DNA of 64,000 nucleotides from Eledone cirrhosa (Eukaryota): NCBI GenBank assembly GCA_964016885.1, contig OZ024757.1, positions 30,070,001 to 30,134,000 of the forward strand, read 5' to 3'. Shown piece by piece: positions 15,954 to 28,265 of this stretch (position 1 is its first letter; each line of letters starts with the position of its first letter). The notes under the pieces were generated by a model. It saw only the letters and a program-made list of their open reading frames with translations, ran no database searches and was not told where the DNA came from. The position numbers and the translations under genes were made by a program.

Positions 15954-16258
15954 GTTCAAGTAATTTAAAACGACAATTCATATATTGAATACCTAAGATA
16001 ATCAATCCACTTGGATCTAAATTAGTCAGCAATGCATAGTTTTAAAATCAGAGAAAAATGTTATATATAAATATTGATATTAGTATTTATATATAAATAT
16101 TGATATTAGTTTTGGGCGATAGTTCAAGTAATTTAAAACGACAATTCATACATTGAATACGTAAGATAATCAATTCACTTAGATCTAAATTAGTCAGCAA
16201 TGCATAGTTTTAAAATCAGAGAAAAATGTTATATGTATATATTGATATTAGTTTTGGA
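15954..16258. repeat. Local direct duplication (starts 15954 and 16122, period ~168 bp)
   Basis: GTTCAAGTAATTTAAAACGACAATTCATA...GATATTAGT occurs twice. Confidence 0.85.
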
Positions 16259-16696
16259 CGTCAAACGGTTTAAGTACATTTTTTTTTAATATGGTTATAA
16301 TAAAAATTAAAAGGAACGTACTTACGAGATGTGATAAATTCGTGTTGCTCAATAAGTGCCTTGTGATGAGACTAACTAAGTGAACAGTTCCTTTTAAAAT
16401 TTAATTTATATTGTTACTATAGACGAAAACAATTGTAGATCATTCACCTTTCAGTGTGTATCCGTTCATGTTTTTAAGTGTTCGTAAAGAAAATATAAGT
16501 TGTGAACATTTTGTAACTCTCGATAAGCTGTAAAATTGATGTGACGTGTGGTTGTTGGTTCTCAGTGTTCTATGGTGGCTATTGTTTGCTGGTGGTTCAC
16601 ATTGCTTGAAAAGTGACTTACTTTTCTGGCCATTCCTTTGGCCACTGGGTAGCCTATGAGTTGAATGAAGAACAAAAATCCATAGAGAATGCAATA

Positions 16697-16920
16697 AACT
16701 TCCGTCGGTTTCGATAATGAGTGTTCCAGTTGTTCGATCATCGGAACAGCCTGCTCATGAGATTAATGTATATATGACTGAGTATTCCACAGACACGTGT
16801 ACACGTGTACATAGATATTCAGTATGACATAATGTGTGACAAGGCTGGGCCCTTGAATTTCAGGTACACTCTATCCGACGGGCTTCCAAACACTTTCCGT
16901 CTCCTAGATTTCATTTGCCC
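16697..16920 (-). mobile_element. Degenerate octopus SINE/RTE-related interspersed repeat fragments
   Basis: CTTCCGTCGG..GTTCCAGTTG..CGGAACAGCCTGCTC..CCACAGACACGTGTAC..GTGTGACAAGGCTGG resembles an abundant octopus repeat (recalled, not searched). Confidence 0.45.
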
Positions 16921-17652
16921 AAGTAGCCACGCTATGTGATCGTGTACAAAGTGAACTTGTGAACTATCCGGCTAAGCTACATCCACCCATGTAGAAATAA
17001 TTCATGTATGAAACAGTACAGTAACTCTTGATGGAGTCGCGGGGGCTCATCGTGGCATACAGCGTGTCTTCGGCACTCTAAACCTGGTACAGTCCATTCC
17101 TCTCCACGTCTGAACAAAGACGACTACGTCCAGAGAAGAAGTGAGGAAGCGAGAAAGAGATATTGAGGAAAAATTAATAAGTGGCAGGAGGGATTATTAT
17201 TCAAGACCTGAATGTATGTGATTTGTAATGAGCCATTCATACTGATATTAAGGTATTAAATCAAAATACATAATATCAAAATTTCATAGATTCAATGTTA
17301 TGTGAGATAATTACTGCGAAAATACAATAGTAAAGGTAGAGTAATGTAAATACTAAAGTGTTAAATTCAGAGCATAATGAATACCGTGAAGCATTCTATA
17401 CAATGTCCTATAACGAATAGGCATAGAGAAATAGCACAGAAGAAAAAACCGAAAATGTGCCACGGCTTTCTTTAAACGTCTAACAGACGAGTTTATTTTA
17501 GAACAGATTCATTCCATTTCCTCCACCTTTTCTCTCTTCTTTATAAATATATAAAATTGAATAGGAAATGTCATCCCATTAGCGAGGAATTAAATTTTTC
17601 CTGTATAGAAATGCATTTGTCGAACCGGGTTCGAATTTTGGAATGGTAATTC

Positions 17653-17716
<64 letters not shown>

Positions 17717-17754
17717 TAATATATATATGGTAATATATATATATATATATATGG

Positions 17755-17828
<74 letters not shown>

Positions 17829-18244
17829 TAATATATATATATATATGTATGGTAATATATATATATATATATATATATATTTATGTCCATACACGTTTAT
17901 GAACATAAATAAATAAAATATTTCTGCTCTCTTCCCAATTGAGCAATGTTTTCCGTTTTCCTTTTCATACCTGCGGATATATCTACATATACATATACAT
18001 ATATATATATCTACATATACATATACATACATATATATATATATATATATGAAAATGAGGGGTTTTTTTAATGAAAAAAAAAGACTCCTACACGAGTGAA
18101 AGTATAAGAAAAAGAAATCGAAAATGCAACTGGAGTCTTTTTAAGAATATTTATTTGTTTCCTTTACCGGTTTCACAGTTCTTATGCTTTTCAAAAGTAG
18201 AATTGAGATGGAGGGTTTGTGGTTTTTCTTGCATCAATATATAT

Positions 18245-18365
18245 GAAGGCGTGTGGTTGAGTGGTTAGAGAATTGGATTCGCAATTTTGAGGTTGTGAGT
18301 TCGATTCCTGGACCGGGCGATGCGTTATGTCCTTGAACAACGCATTTTATTTCACGTTGCTCCTT
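18245..18365 (+). mobile_element. tRNA-head SINE fragment (OR-like); related minus-strand copy at 24541-24646
   Basis: A-box TGGTTGAGTGG and B-box GTTCGATTCC, then GTCCTTGAACAA..TTTCACGTTGCTCC. Confidence 0.65.
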
Positions 18366-18621
18366 CTACCTGGAGTTGCGACCGATAGATAGTACTAGTA
18401 ACTGGAAAGACCAACAGAAACATTGTTTCTTCGGTCCTATTTGACGAAAGTCGATCGATCCTTTTATATATATATATATATATATATTCAATTGAAGAAA
18501 GTTGGTTAATTGAAAATCTGCCGACTTTTTCTTAATAGATGTAAAGCACTCCGTGGTTTTTGTTCATCCGGAATGTTATTATAATAATAAACAAGAAAGA
18601 CGGTTTCATTTGTACATCCCT

Positions 18622-18700
18622 ATTTATTTTATTATACGTATTTCCAAGTCATAAGGCAGTTGTATAACAACTACCCTACGTGGTCTCTTCAGACAAATGA
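18622..18700 (-). ncRNA. Hammerhead motif with long stem II (PLE pLTR fragment)
   Basis: Reverse complement: tttgt CTGAAGA ..gtagttgttatacaactgc.. GAAA tacgta TA ataaaa. Confidence 0.55.
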
Positions 18701-19357
18701 TACAATGGATATTTACATCTCGTTTGGATTTTTGTCTGAAGAGAACACTTCAAATCGAAAGCCTGGAGTTAATGCTTACACAAGAGGTGCCGCCACAAAA
18801 AGAGCTCCAAAGAGCCAGATGGTGACGTGTTAAGTCTATCCTACAGTAGGATTTGAACTCAAAACGTAAAGAGTCAAAACAATTCTTTCTTTTTTACGCT
18901 GGAACAAGACCTCGGTATTTGTTTCAGCTGACTTCACTCTCAGTTCTATTCCTGCCGAGGTCAAATTTAGGGTGGTGGGTAAAACACTTTGCAGCATTTA
19001 ATTACGGTCCTTTATGCTCTGAGTTCAAATCCGGTCGAGGTTAACACTGCTTTTCAGCTTTCCGGCATCGATAAAATAAACTAGCAGTTAAATATTGGTG
19101 TTAATAGAATCGACTTGCCCCTTCCTCTCTTCCTTGTGCGTACAGCGTCAGACACCATGCTTTTCAGCATAGAGTTACGTCCCTTTATGGTCTAAGTTCA
19201 AAACACGGTGAGGTTAACTTTGCCTTTCATCATTACGGTGTCGATAAAATAAAGTACCAGTAATGCACTGGGATTATTGCAGGCCTTGTAGAAACAGTTA
19301 TATTATGAATCATTAAGTTATACGCAGTAAATATATATTCCCTTCAATCTCTCATTC

Positions 19358-19396
19358 CTTCTTCTGATGAAGGACTAACGTCCGAAACGTTAAGAC
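19358..19396 (+). ncRNA. Minimal hammerhead ribozyme
   Basis: tctt CTGATGA a ggac taac gtcc GAAACGTT aaga. Confidence 0.65.
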
Positions 19397-19480
19397 CCCC
19401 ACTTCCTGCTATTTCAAGCGTTAACCTAATATATTCCTCCATATACTGCGCCGATTGTGTTATTTCTGTTTACCTTTTAC

Positions 19481-19526
<46 letters not shown>

Positions 19527-20517
19527 ATGTTTCAGTTGTTACAGAATTTGCTATTTACTATATTAATTATCAAATAATCGATAATATTTAATAGTAAGTG
19601 AGAAGAGTAGGTTATGATTGAAATAAACAAATATAAACCACCAATAATGAACTGAAGGCAATTGCTGGCCTTATGCCAAAAGTAAAAACAATTACATCGC
19701 ATAAATAAGCAATTTTATCGTATAAATATGTAATTGAGGCGAGTGTTTCTCGGTTTCTTCCCAATAGCAGCAATGTGGTTGTTCCATTTATGAAAACATA
19801 ATTTGCTTTTTTTCATTCCTGACATTCTCTGCAAACAACTCGTTTCATTTTAGTCTTGCGTTCTCCTTCTCTGCGAGTATATATTTCTCTCTCTCTCTCT
19901 CTGTATATGTATATATATATAAGAGAGAGAAAGAGAGATATAAGAAGATATGTGTGTGTGTGTGTGTGTGTGTGTATCCTCATCTCTCTGTTTTCTTTCA
20001 CGCTCCCATACTTTGTCTCTACCTTCCTGTTTTTCTCGTCTCTCTCATTCTCTCTACTCCTCTCACTTTCTCTCTCTGACACTCTCTATCTATCTATCTA
20101 CCTCTCTTATATAACATTTAAATCTTGGAATACTAAACCTATATTAGCGACAAGACGTCTTCTGCGAGACAGTTTCTGGGTTAAATTTTACTTGTTATTT
20201 TGATTACTAATCATTATTGTCGATATTTTTGTTGTTGTAGGTCGGTACTGGTGGTGTTTGTAATGCTGGTGGTACTGGCGGTGTTGGTGTTTGTGATGTC
20301 GGTGCCGCTTGTCATGCTGGTGGTTTTGGCGCTGGTAAGGATGAGGGGATGGCGACTTACTATAGTACTGATGATGGTGGTGGCGACAGTTGCGGTGATG
20401 TGGGTGGCGTTAATATATATATATACACACACACACACACATATATATATTTGCTCCACGGGTTTATATATATATATATATACTCTACGGGTTTATATAT
20501 ATGTATATATACTCTAC

Positions 20518-20556
<39 letters not shown>

Positions 20557-21402
20557 GGGGCTGCGGCGTTGCAAATGGGATACATATGAAAAAGTGAGTC
20601 CTCATCAGTGACCCTCCAACCGTCCTCGGCATTTCATCGCTTTAAGGGCCATATGCCTCAGGTTGGTGCGAACAACGGCTAAAAAAAGTCGTTGGGACAC
20701 GTAAATAAAGGGGGACATTAGAGTAACAACAAAAGGGTTATAGCAACGGAAAGTGAGTAGAAATAGACAAGTCCCAGATCTCTATGAATATAAACTCTGT
20801 GAAATCGTGAACAAGAGACGAAAGACCATCGAACCTGGTAGAAATGTGAGCAAGGAAAGAATTTCGCCCAAGTTCGACAGGGGGGAAAAAGGAGAGAGAG
20901 AGAGAACGAAAACTGGTCTACGAATTCGGTAAACGCAAGTTTTGTGAAGTCGCAGACGAAAGAGAGAGAGAAAAATTTTTTTTATATATGTATATATATA
21001 CAGCCTTTATCGAGTCCTCATTGGATTTTTGGTACTGTATTTGTTATTAGTATATATATTATTCGATTTAGGAAAGTTAGTTGAACAGGCAATCCACCGA
21101 CTTTTGTCGTAAAACAGACGTAAAGCACTCTACGATTTGTATCCCTTAAAGTGTTATCGATAGATAAGGTATGAACCCGTTTCGATATTATGAAGAAAGA
21201 TAGTTTTATATATACATCCTCTGTTTATTATATAATCCTGTTATACGTATTTCGAAGACGTCTAAGTGATTGCATAATAACCCTTTGACGTGTTCTGTTG
21301 GTGGAAAGTTGTGGAGTTTTTTTTATATGCTCCAGGAGTGGAATGCTACCACAACGCTAATAACTCCAGTAGCATACCCAAAGCAAAAATGCCACAATTT
21401 TC

Positions 21403-21470
21403 CACCTGTCTGAAGAGAACATACAAATGCAATCACTTTGAAGTCTTCGAAATACGTATAACAAGATTAT
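21403..21470 (+). ncRNA. Hammerhead motif in a pLTR fragment; inverted 3'-half copy at 21186-21275
   Basis: CTGAAGA 21410-21416 ..cttc GAAA tacgta TA acaag; same family as 31858. Confidence 0.6.
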
Positions 21471-21513
21471 TTAATAAACAGAGGATGTACACTTAAAACT
21501 GACTCCCTTTTTC

Positions 21514-21554
<41 letters not shown>

Positions 21555-21627
21555 GTTATTCCGGGTTGAATCGGAGGTAACCACAGTAAGTAAGGTACTC
21601 AATACATAGCAGAGTATAACAGATTTA

Positions 21628-21879
<252 letters not shown>

Positions 21880-22350
21880 GAGATAATGTGTGTGTGTGTG
21901 TGTGTGTGTGTTATACGGTAACATCGCTGCCTTATGTTATCCAGATGTCTAAATTTCGTTATTCCGAAGTCTGCACCAGTATCAGGTTTGCCCAGAGTCA
22001 AAAAATAAATTAATTAAATATATCAAAAAATAAAAAATAAAAACAATCAAAAAATCTTTCAATAATCAATTTTAGAAATTTTATTTCGTTTCATGTAAAT
22101 AATAAATATATATGCTGAATCAGCGTATATTAGATTTAAGCTATATTTAGTATAGATATCATCATGCATTGTTTGTTTGTTTGTTTTTTAATTAAAAGCC
22201 TTCGCTGTGAAAAAATGTGGTATCAACATTTTCCATTTTCCTGGGGAAATAACGGAATGTTAGTTTACAGTCCATGTTTTCACGGTGGGCTTGTAATTCA
22301 CAACTGCAGTTATATCTACATTAAATATTGTATAAATCGTGATTTTATTA

Positions 22351-22435
22351 TTATGTAGATGCAGAAGAAAGGCTGCAATCCACCTTGTTTCCATTCAGGT
22401 AATAGTCGAAGAAACAGCCATTGCAGTAGTTGGCT
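22351..22435 (-). CDS. Gene 1, last coding exon (module exon B) of a secreted 8-Cys peptide: (K)ANYCNGCFFDYYLNGNKVDCSLSSAST*
   Basis: Acceptor ttttattgcAG at 22436-38, phase 2 matching exon A, TAA at 22353-22351. Confidence 0.8.
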
Positions 22436-22624
22436 CTGCAATAAAAATCGAGAAAATTAATATACAGTGAAATTCCGTTATTACGAAATTCACGGGGTGT
22501 AAATATATACAGAGAAGGAAAGCGGGAATGAGCACGTTGGAGCAAAGAAAATTAAAATATTCTGCAGATTTATTTTTTTTTTAACACTTTTACATTTCTC
22601 ATTCCTATTTTAGGGGACGAATTA

Positions 22625-23240
22625 CCAAAGTCGTTAGAACGTTGGATGGAATGCTTTGTGGTATTCGTTCTGAGTTCAAATCCCATTCGAGGTCAAATTT
22701 GCTTTTCATTCCTTCAGTATTCAGTAATCAGAAGAAAGGAGGTGGGCGTAAAAACCATACTCGCTATCTTCAATTCGGTTTTCGTGCCAACTCTTACCTA
22801 TGGTCATGAATCTTGCGTAGTGACCGAAAGAATACGATCACGAAATGGGATTCCTGCGAAGAGTCTTTGGAGTAACGTCACTCGATAAAGTGCGTAACTC
22901 GGAGATCAGAGACTCACTCCAGGTAGAGTAACTACTTCTCCGAATTGAGAGATCACAGCTCTATTACTATGGGCATGTGGTTATAATGTCTCAGGGAAGA
23001 ATCGCTTGACAGATTTTATGGGCAAAACCAACTGGCAAGAGACCCAGGAGTAGACCCCGAGCAAGATGGCTGGATAACATCTATGAGCTTGGCTGGTCAC
23101 GCTTGGGGATCCAGCCGGATCAGTTGGAGACGGTTGCTTCTGACGATTCAGGAATCACTGCTAGAGGTGTTTCAGGACTCTTCCCCCCACGACCCTCTCA
23201 GGAATAAGTGGGCGAAGAAGGTTATTACGGGGTCGATAAA
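22625..23240 (+). mobile_element. SINE (22625-22714 and 23225-23240) split by the 3' fragment of an RTE-clade LINE (22715-23220)
   Basis: Translation PTLTYGHESCVVTERIRSR..GFLRRVFGVTSLDKVRNSEIR..YYGHVVIM..GKRPRSRPRARWLDNI with stops; the SINE core CATTCCTTC|TTACGGGGTCGATAAAA resumes after it. Confidence 0.75.
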
Positions 23241-23567
23241 AATATACATACCTGTCCACATCTCAATACAATTCTTCTTCTATATTTTTCTCACCACCAC
23301 CACCCCCACCACCCACCCCTCTCTCTCTCTATCTATCTATCTATCTATCTCTCTCTCTGGAAGAAATCGGCTGAGGTACTTTCTGATTTCAAACACCACT
23401 GCGGACAACTTTGCCTTTCAGCCTTCCGGTGTCAATGAAGTACCAGTTAAATACTGAGGGAGTGATATAATCGAGTTTCCTCTTCCCGCAAATTGCAGAG
23501 AATTCATTTTTAGAGTGGAACATATTGTTGATTTGACAGTTAAATTAATTTATTTTATTTTACTCAC

Positions 23568-23646
23568 TTGCATACGGCGTTTGGATACTTCGGACATGTT
23601 TGAAAGAGACAAGGGTCAGCAAAGCAACGGAAAATATTACATTTCG
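23568..23646 (-). CDS. Gene 1, exon 2 (module exon A): (A)KCNIFRCFADPCLFQTCPKYPNAVC
   Basis: Acceptor tttttatttcAG, donor GTGAGT, 79 nt, phase 1->2. Confidence 0.82.
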
Positions 23647-24032
23647 CTGAAATAAAAAATATTATATATATATATATGCATAAACATGTGTGTGTGTGTG
23701 TGTAATATTTATTATATCTATATGTATGCATAAATGTGTGTGTGTATACATATATGTGTGTGTGAGTGTGTGTGTGTGCGTGTGTGTGTATCTCGGGTTT
23801 AATCGGGGCTAACCACAGTAAGTAAGGTACTCAATACATAGTAGAGTATATAATGTGCTTTAATGATGATTTCCTTCGAATGGAATAGTTCTAGTCTTGT
23901 AGAAGCTATTTCAATATTAAACATTATACACACACACAACATACACACACACGCACAACACACACATATATATATATGTATACTCTTACCTGTTCCAGCC
24001 ATCCGGCTGAGGCCATGCTGGGGCACCGCCCT

Positions 24033-24103
<71 letters not shown>

Positions 24104-25557
24104 AACATGTCTCTAACAGGATTTTTGCTTTACAAATAATCTCTCTACCTCTCTCTACCCTTCTCATATATTTCGAGCAGCTTTTCTGGCTCTTCGATAA
24201 TTCAACCCCACTAGAGTAGAAAACGCATTGACATATCTTTAGCTCTGCAGAACCCCTAAGCTTCAGCCTAGTTAGCCTTATCAATAATACGACCCTGATG
24301 CTTACGTGAAACAATCATGACCCATTTGACTTAAAAGACCGATGTTACCTATGGATTTCCTCAGCATCCGTCACCACCACTACCACAGTCGCGGCCACCA
24401 TTTTACTTTAATTCTAATGCATTTTAATCTTAACAAACAAAAAAGCTCTCTACTAATCAACGCGCAAGTTTAGTTATTGATGAGTTATTGATGGTCAACA
24501 ATAACTGTTTCTACTTTTGGTACAAGGTCAGCAATGTGAACTGGAACAACGTGAAATAAAGTGTCTTGCTCAAGAACACAACGCAGAGCCCAGGCCGAGA
24601 ATGCGATTGTAAGCCTGATGCTCTAACCACTAAGCCATACGCCTTCACTGGGAAGGGTAAGACGATTAAATCTATCCCATATTTGACTAGTTACTTTATT
24701 TTAACGAGCCCTAAAATATTGAAAGGCAAAGTTAACCTAGGCGATATTTTGAACCCAGAATGCAATAAACTGTAGGAAATGCCACAATGCAAATGTCTGA
24801 CGCTCTAACGATTCTCTTAATCCACAGTTCTCTGACTTCATTAGCCATAATGACTTAATAAGCGTTAACGTTACATCCACTAATTATTCACAGTAAAAAG
24901 TAAACTGATTATTATATGACTCGTTACAAATCACATACTCTCAGATCTTGAATCGTCACACCACCATCCACACCCCGCTTCTTAATTTTTCAGATTTTTT
25001 CCAAAGCCCCGCCCTACCATCGCTGGAGAATCTAGGGATAATTATATTTTACATTTAAAAAAAAAAAAACTATGTATGACAAAAAAAAAGAAAATTACAA
25101 GAAATCGCATATTTAGAAACGTACACCACCAGGTGGTGCTATTAAGTTAGTCATAGCCTGGGCCAATACTGGTCGAAACTATCGAAGTTATCAAAGTTAT
25201 ACAATTATCGATTTAAGTACGGCGGTTGACATGGCTAACTAAATACCATAAAAAGCTGCCCCAGCATGGCCACCGTCTACTGACTGAAACCATTAAAATA
25301 GCAACAGATTAATATAATAATCCTTCAGATATACACGTTATATGCTGATATTGTGTGTGTATGTTTGTATTTATTTATTTATGTATATATATGTGTGCAT
25401 ATGTGTGCATATGTGTGAGCGTTTGTGTATAGAGAAAGAAAGAGATAAACACAGAGAAGGAGACATAGATACTAATGTATATAAACATCTGGATAGAAAG
25501 TGAGAGATAGCTGTGTAACTAAAATATGAAAATATACGTATATGAATATATTTATGC

Positions 25558-25613
<56 letters not shown>

Positions 25614-25658
25614 GGAAAAAGTATGACCCCGACGGCAGAGCTCAAGCCGTTTCGACGG

Positions 25659-25702
<44 letters not shown>

Positions 25703-25736
25703 GTCTGTGTGTATAAGTGAGTATTTGTATACATAC

Positions 25737-25812
25737 CTTTAGCTTCGGCCGCGTGAAATCCCACCAAAATAACCAGAACACACATAAAAACCAAAGATCC
25801 AGTTCCCTTCAT
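25737..25812 (-). CDS. Gene 1, exon 1: signal peptide [25 protein letters not shown]
   Basis: ATG at 25812, hydrophobic core with an A-E-A cleavage motif, donor AAAG|GTATGT, 76 nt (phase 1) in frame with exon A. Confidence 0.8.
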
Positions 25813-25887
25813 ACTGTTACTGCTGTGGTGTCACTTCGAACGATAATTTTTGACTAAATAAATCTTTCACTGCTCCTCTCTCAACCC

Positions 25888-25898
25888 CTTTATATATA
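25888..25898 (-). promoter_or_regulatory. TATA box (TATATATAAAG) of gene 1; homologues at 45763-45773 and 47593-47603
   Basis: About 80 nt upstream of the signal-exon ATG and conserved in each paralogous promoter copy. Confidence 0.55.
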
Positions 25899-25919
25899 CA
25901 CTCACTTGGTGCCTGCGTG

Positions 25920-25950
<31 letters not shown>

Positions 25951-25980
25951 TTATAGCTGTGTTACATTTTTTTTTTTTAA

Positions 25981-26012
<32 letters not shown>

Positions 26013-26177
26013 ATGTATATTTGTGTTCGTGCGTCTGAGTATGTGTGTATATAGACAAAAGTAACTTAAGAACATCTGGACCTTTTCGCAAGTATAAGTT
26101 CACGCATACACACACATACGCACAGACATGCATATACGTATATATATTAATATATAGTTTATATATACATATATATA

Positions 26178-26231
<54 letters not shown>

Positions 26232-26271
26232 TATATATATACACACACATATATATATATATATATTTTAT

Positions 26272-26369
<98 letters not shown>

Positions 26370-26622
26370 GAGTGGGGGTATAAGCAGATATATGTTTACT
26401 TGGTGGGGAGAAATTTAAAGAGGAAAAAGAAAAGTAGATAGTTAGATAGATAGATAGAGTAACAGAGAATGATTGAGTTCACAGTTGGTTATATTCGGCT
26501 CTTACCACATGCTGTGCTACTGAAACACAATACATACCCATGCACATACACTGACATACGCGCACACACATACATGTATGCATACGCATATATATATATT
26601 TATATATATTTCTGTTTATCTT

Positions 26623-26676
<54 letters not shown>

Positions 26677-26919
26677 CGAAGGAAATGTGGTAAGGAACCA
26701 GATGGACCATAACGTACCAAAGTACTCAATACTTAGGGTAGTAGAGTGGGAAATAGGAACGAGTAGGACCCCGATATATATATATTTCTGTTTTTCTTTT
26801 ACACACACGCATACATATATATATTATATATATATATATATAACGAAGGAAATGTGGTAAGGAACCAGGTGGACCATAACGCACCAAAGTACTCAATACT
26901 TGAGGTAGTAGAGTGGGTA

Positions 26920-27016
26920 ATAGGAACCAGTAAGACCCCGACAGCTGAGCTCAAGCCGTTTCGACGGAATTAGCCGTCGAAACGGCTTGAGCTCAGCTGT
27001 CGGGGTCTTACTGGTT

Positions 27017-27021
<5 letters not shown>
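26920..27021. repeat. Perfect 48-bp-arm inverted repeat of a pLTR 3' tail (contains a hammerhead 3' half, GAAACGGC..GCTGTC)
   Basis: Arms 26920-26967 and 26974-27021, 6-nt spacer; absent from the duplicate near 58.4 kb. Confidence 0.85.
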
Positions 27022-27089
<68 letters not shown>

Positions 27090-27300
27090 AAGGGAAAAAA
27101 GAGGAATACTGCGTGGTTGCACATGGTTACATATTATAAAATTAGTCCCTCATCAGTGATTTGCCAACCATCATTGGTATTTCATCGCATTAAAAATCAT
27201 ATACCTCAGGTTGGTGCGAGCAATAACTAAAATAAGCTATTGGGACAAGTGAATCACGTAAAGCGAATGAGACAAGTAAACAACATAGAAGGAAAAGCAA

Positions 27301-27374
<74 letters not shown>

Positions 27375-27550
27375 GATTAAAAGTTTAACAAGGTTCAAGG
27401 AGTTAATCAATGAATAAAGTTTTACAATATATTAGAAGCACTCTACAAAGGGTTTTCTGGAGTTATTAATATTACTTCAAAATATTAATAAATATAGACT
27501 GCCATGACTGAATTATAACCATCAACACAGTCAAGGTATGTCAGACATCA

Positions 27551-27622
27551 ATTTATTTTATCTGATGAGGACGTACTGTTGAAATAGCTCAGTACCTCTG
27601 AAATATGTATAATAAAATATAT
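27551..27622 (+). ncRNA. Hammerhead motif (pLTR fragment); duplicate at 58876-58947
   Basis: ttttat CTGATGA ggacgtactg..cagtacctct GAAA tatgta TA ataaaa. Confidence 0.65.
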
Positions 27623-27696
27623 TTGATCAGATGAAGGTCTATATTTATTAATATGTTGAAGTAATATATATATATATATATATGTGTGTGTGTATG

Positions 27697-27730
<34 letters not shown>

Positions 27731-27733
<3 letters not shown>

Positions 27734-27831
27734 TCTTTTACCTGTTCCAGCCATATCCGGTTGAGGCCATGCTGGGGCACCTTTTGTTGTTACACATTTT
27801 ATCTCCAGCCTATGTTGGTTGGCCACATATA

Positions 27832-27863
<32 letters not shown>

Positions 27864-28240
27864 TATATACATTGGGAGCTGGACCAACCGTCGAACAGGA
27901 CGCCACTGTGTGATGCCAAAGGTCCCGTCTTCCACATCTAGAATAAGGAGCAGATATTGCAATAGCCTGGCGTTCAAGGGCCCTCAACTCTTCAACAAGC
28001 TGTCAAGGGATCTGAGAGATCTGTATGATGTGGATGTTTTCAAGAAACATCTCGACACCTTGCTATCCAGGATCCCGGATGAGCCCACAGCAAGGCACGA
28101 GGGAAACCTAAGGGTAGCAGCGACGAACTCCCTCTTGCACCAGTGGCCAACCAATACAGGCTGGAGATAAAATGTGTAGCAACAAGGGCAGTGCCCCAGC
28201 ATGGCCTCAGCCGGATGGCTGGAACAGGTAAAAGAGTAAA
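27731..28240 (+). mobile_element. 3' end of a CR1/L2-group-like LINE with an inverted copy of its 3'UTR upstream (27731-27826); duplicate at 59056-59567
   Basis: RTGRHCVMPKV..SLAFKGPQLFNKLSRDLRDL..FKKHLDTLLSRIPDEP..AATNSLLHQ; 3'UTR GCCCCAGCATGGCCTCAGCC..GGAACAGGTAAAAGAG. Confidence 0.6.
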
Positions 28241-28265
28241 AGTGTATATATATACATATATATAT

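Noticed and set aside
18245-18320. tRNA gene
   Set aside because: A and B boxes are present but there is no cloverleaf; it continues into a SINE body.
22359-22398. Possible plus-strand 40-nt exon (TGTAG|..CAG|GTAATA)
   Set aside because: Antisense to the well-supported Cys-rich exon; the acceptor is not conserved in the repeats.
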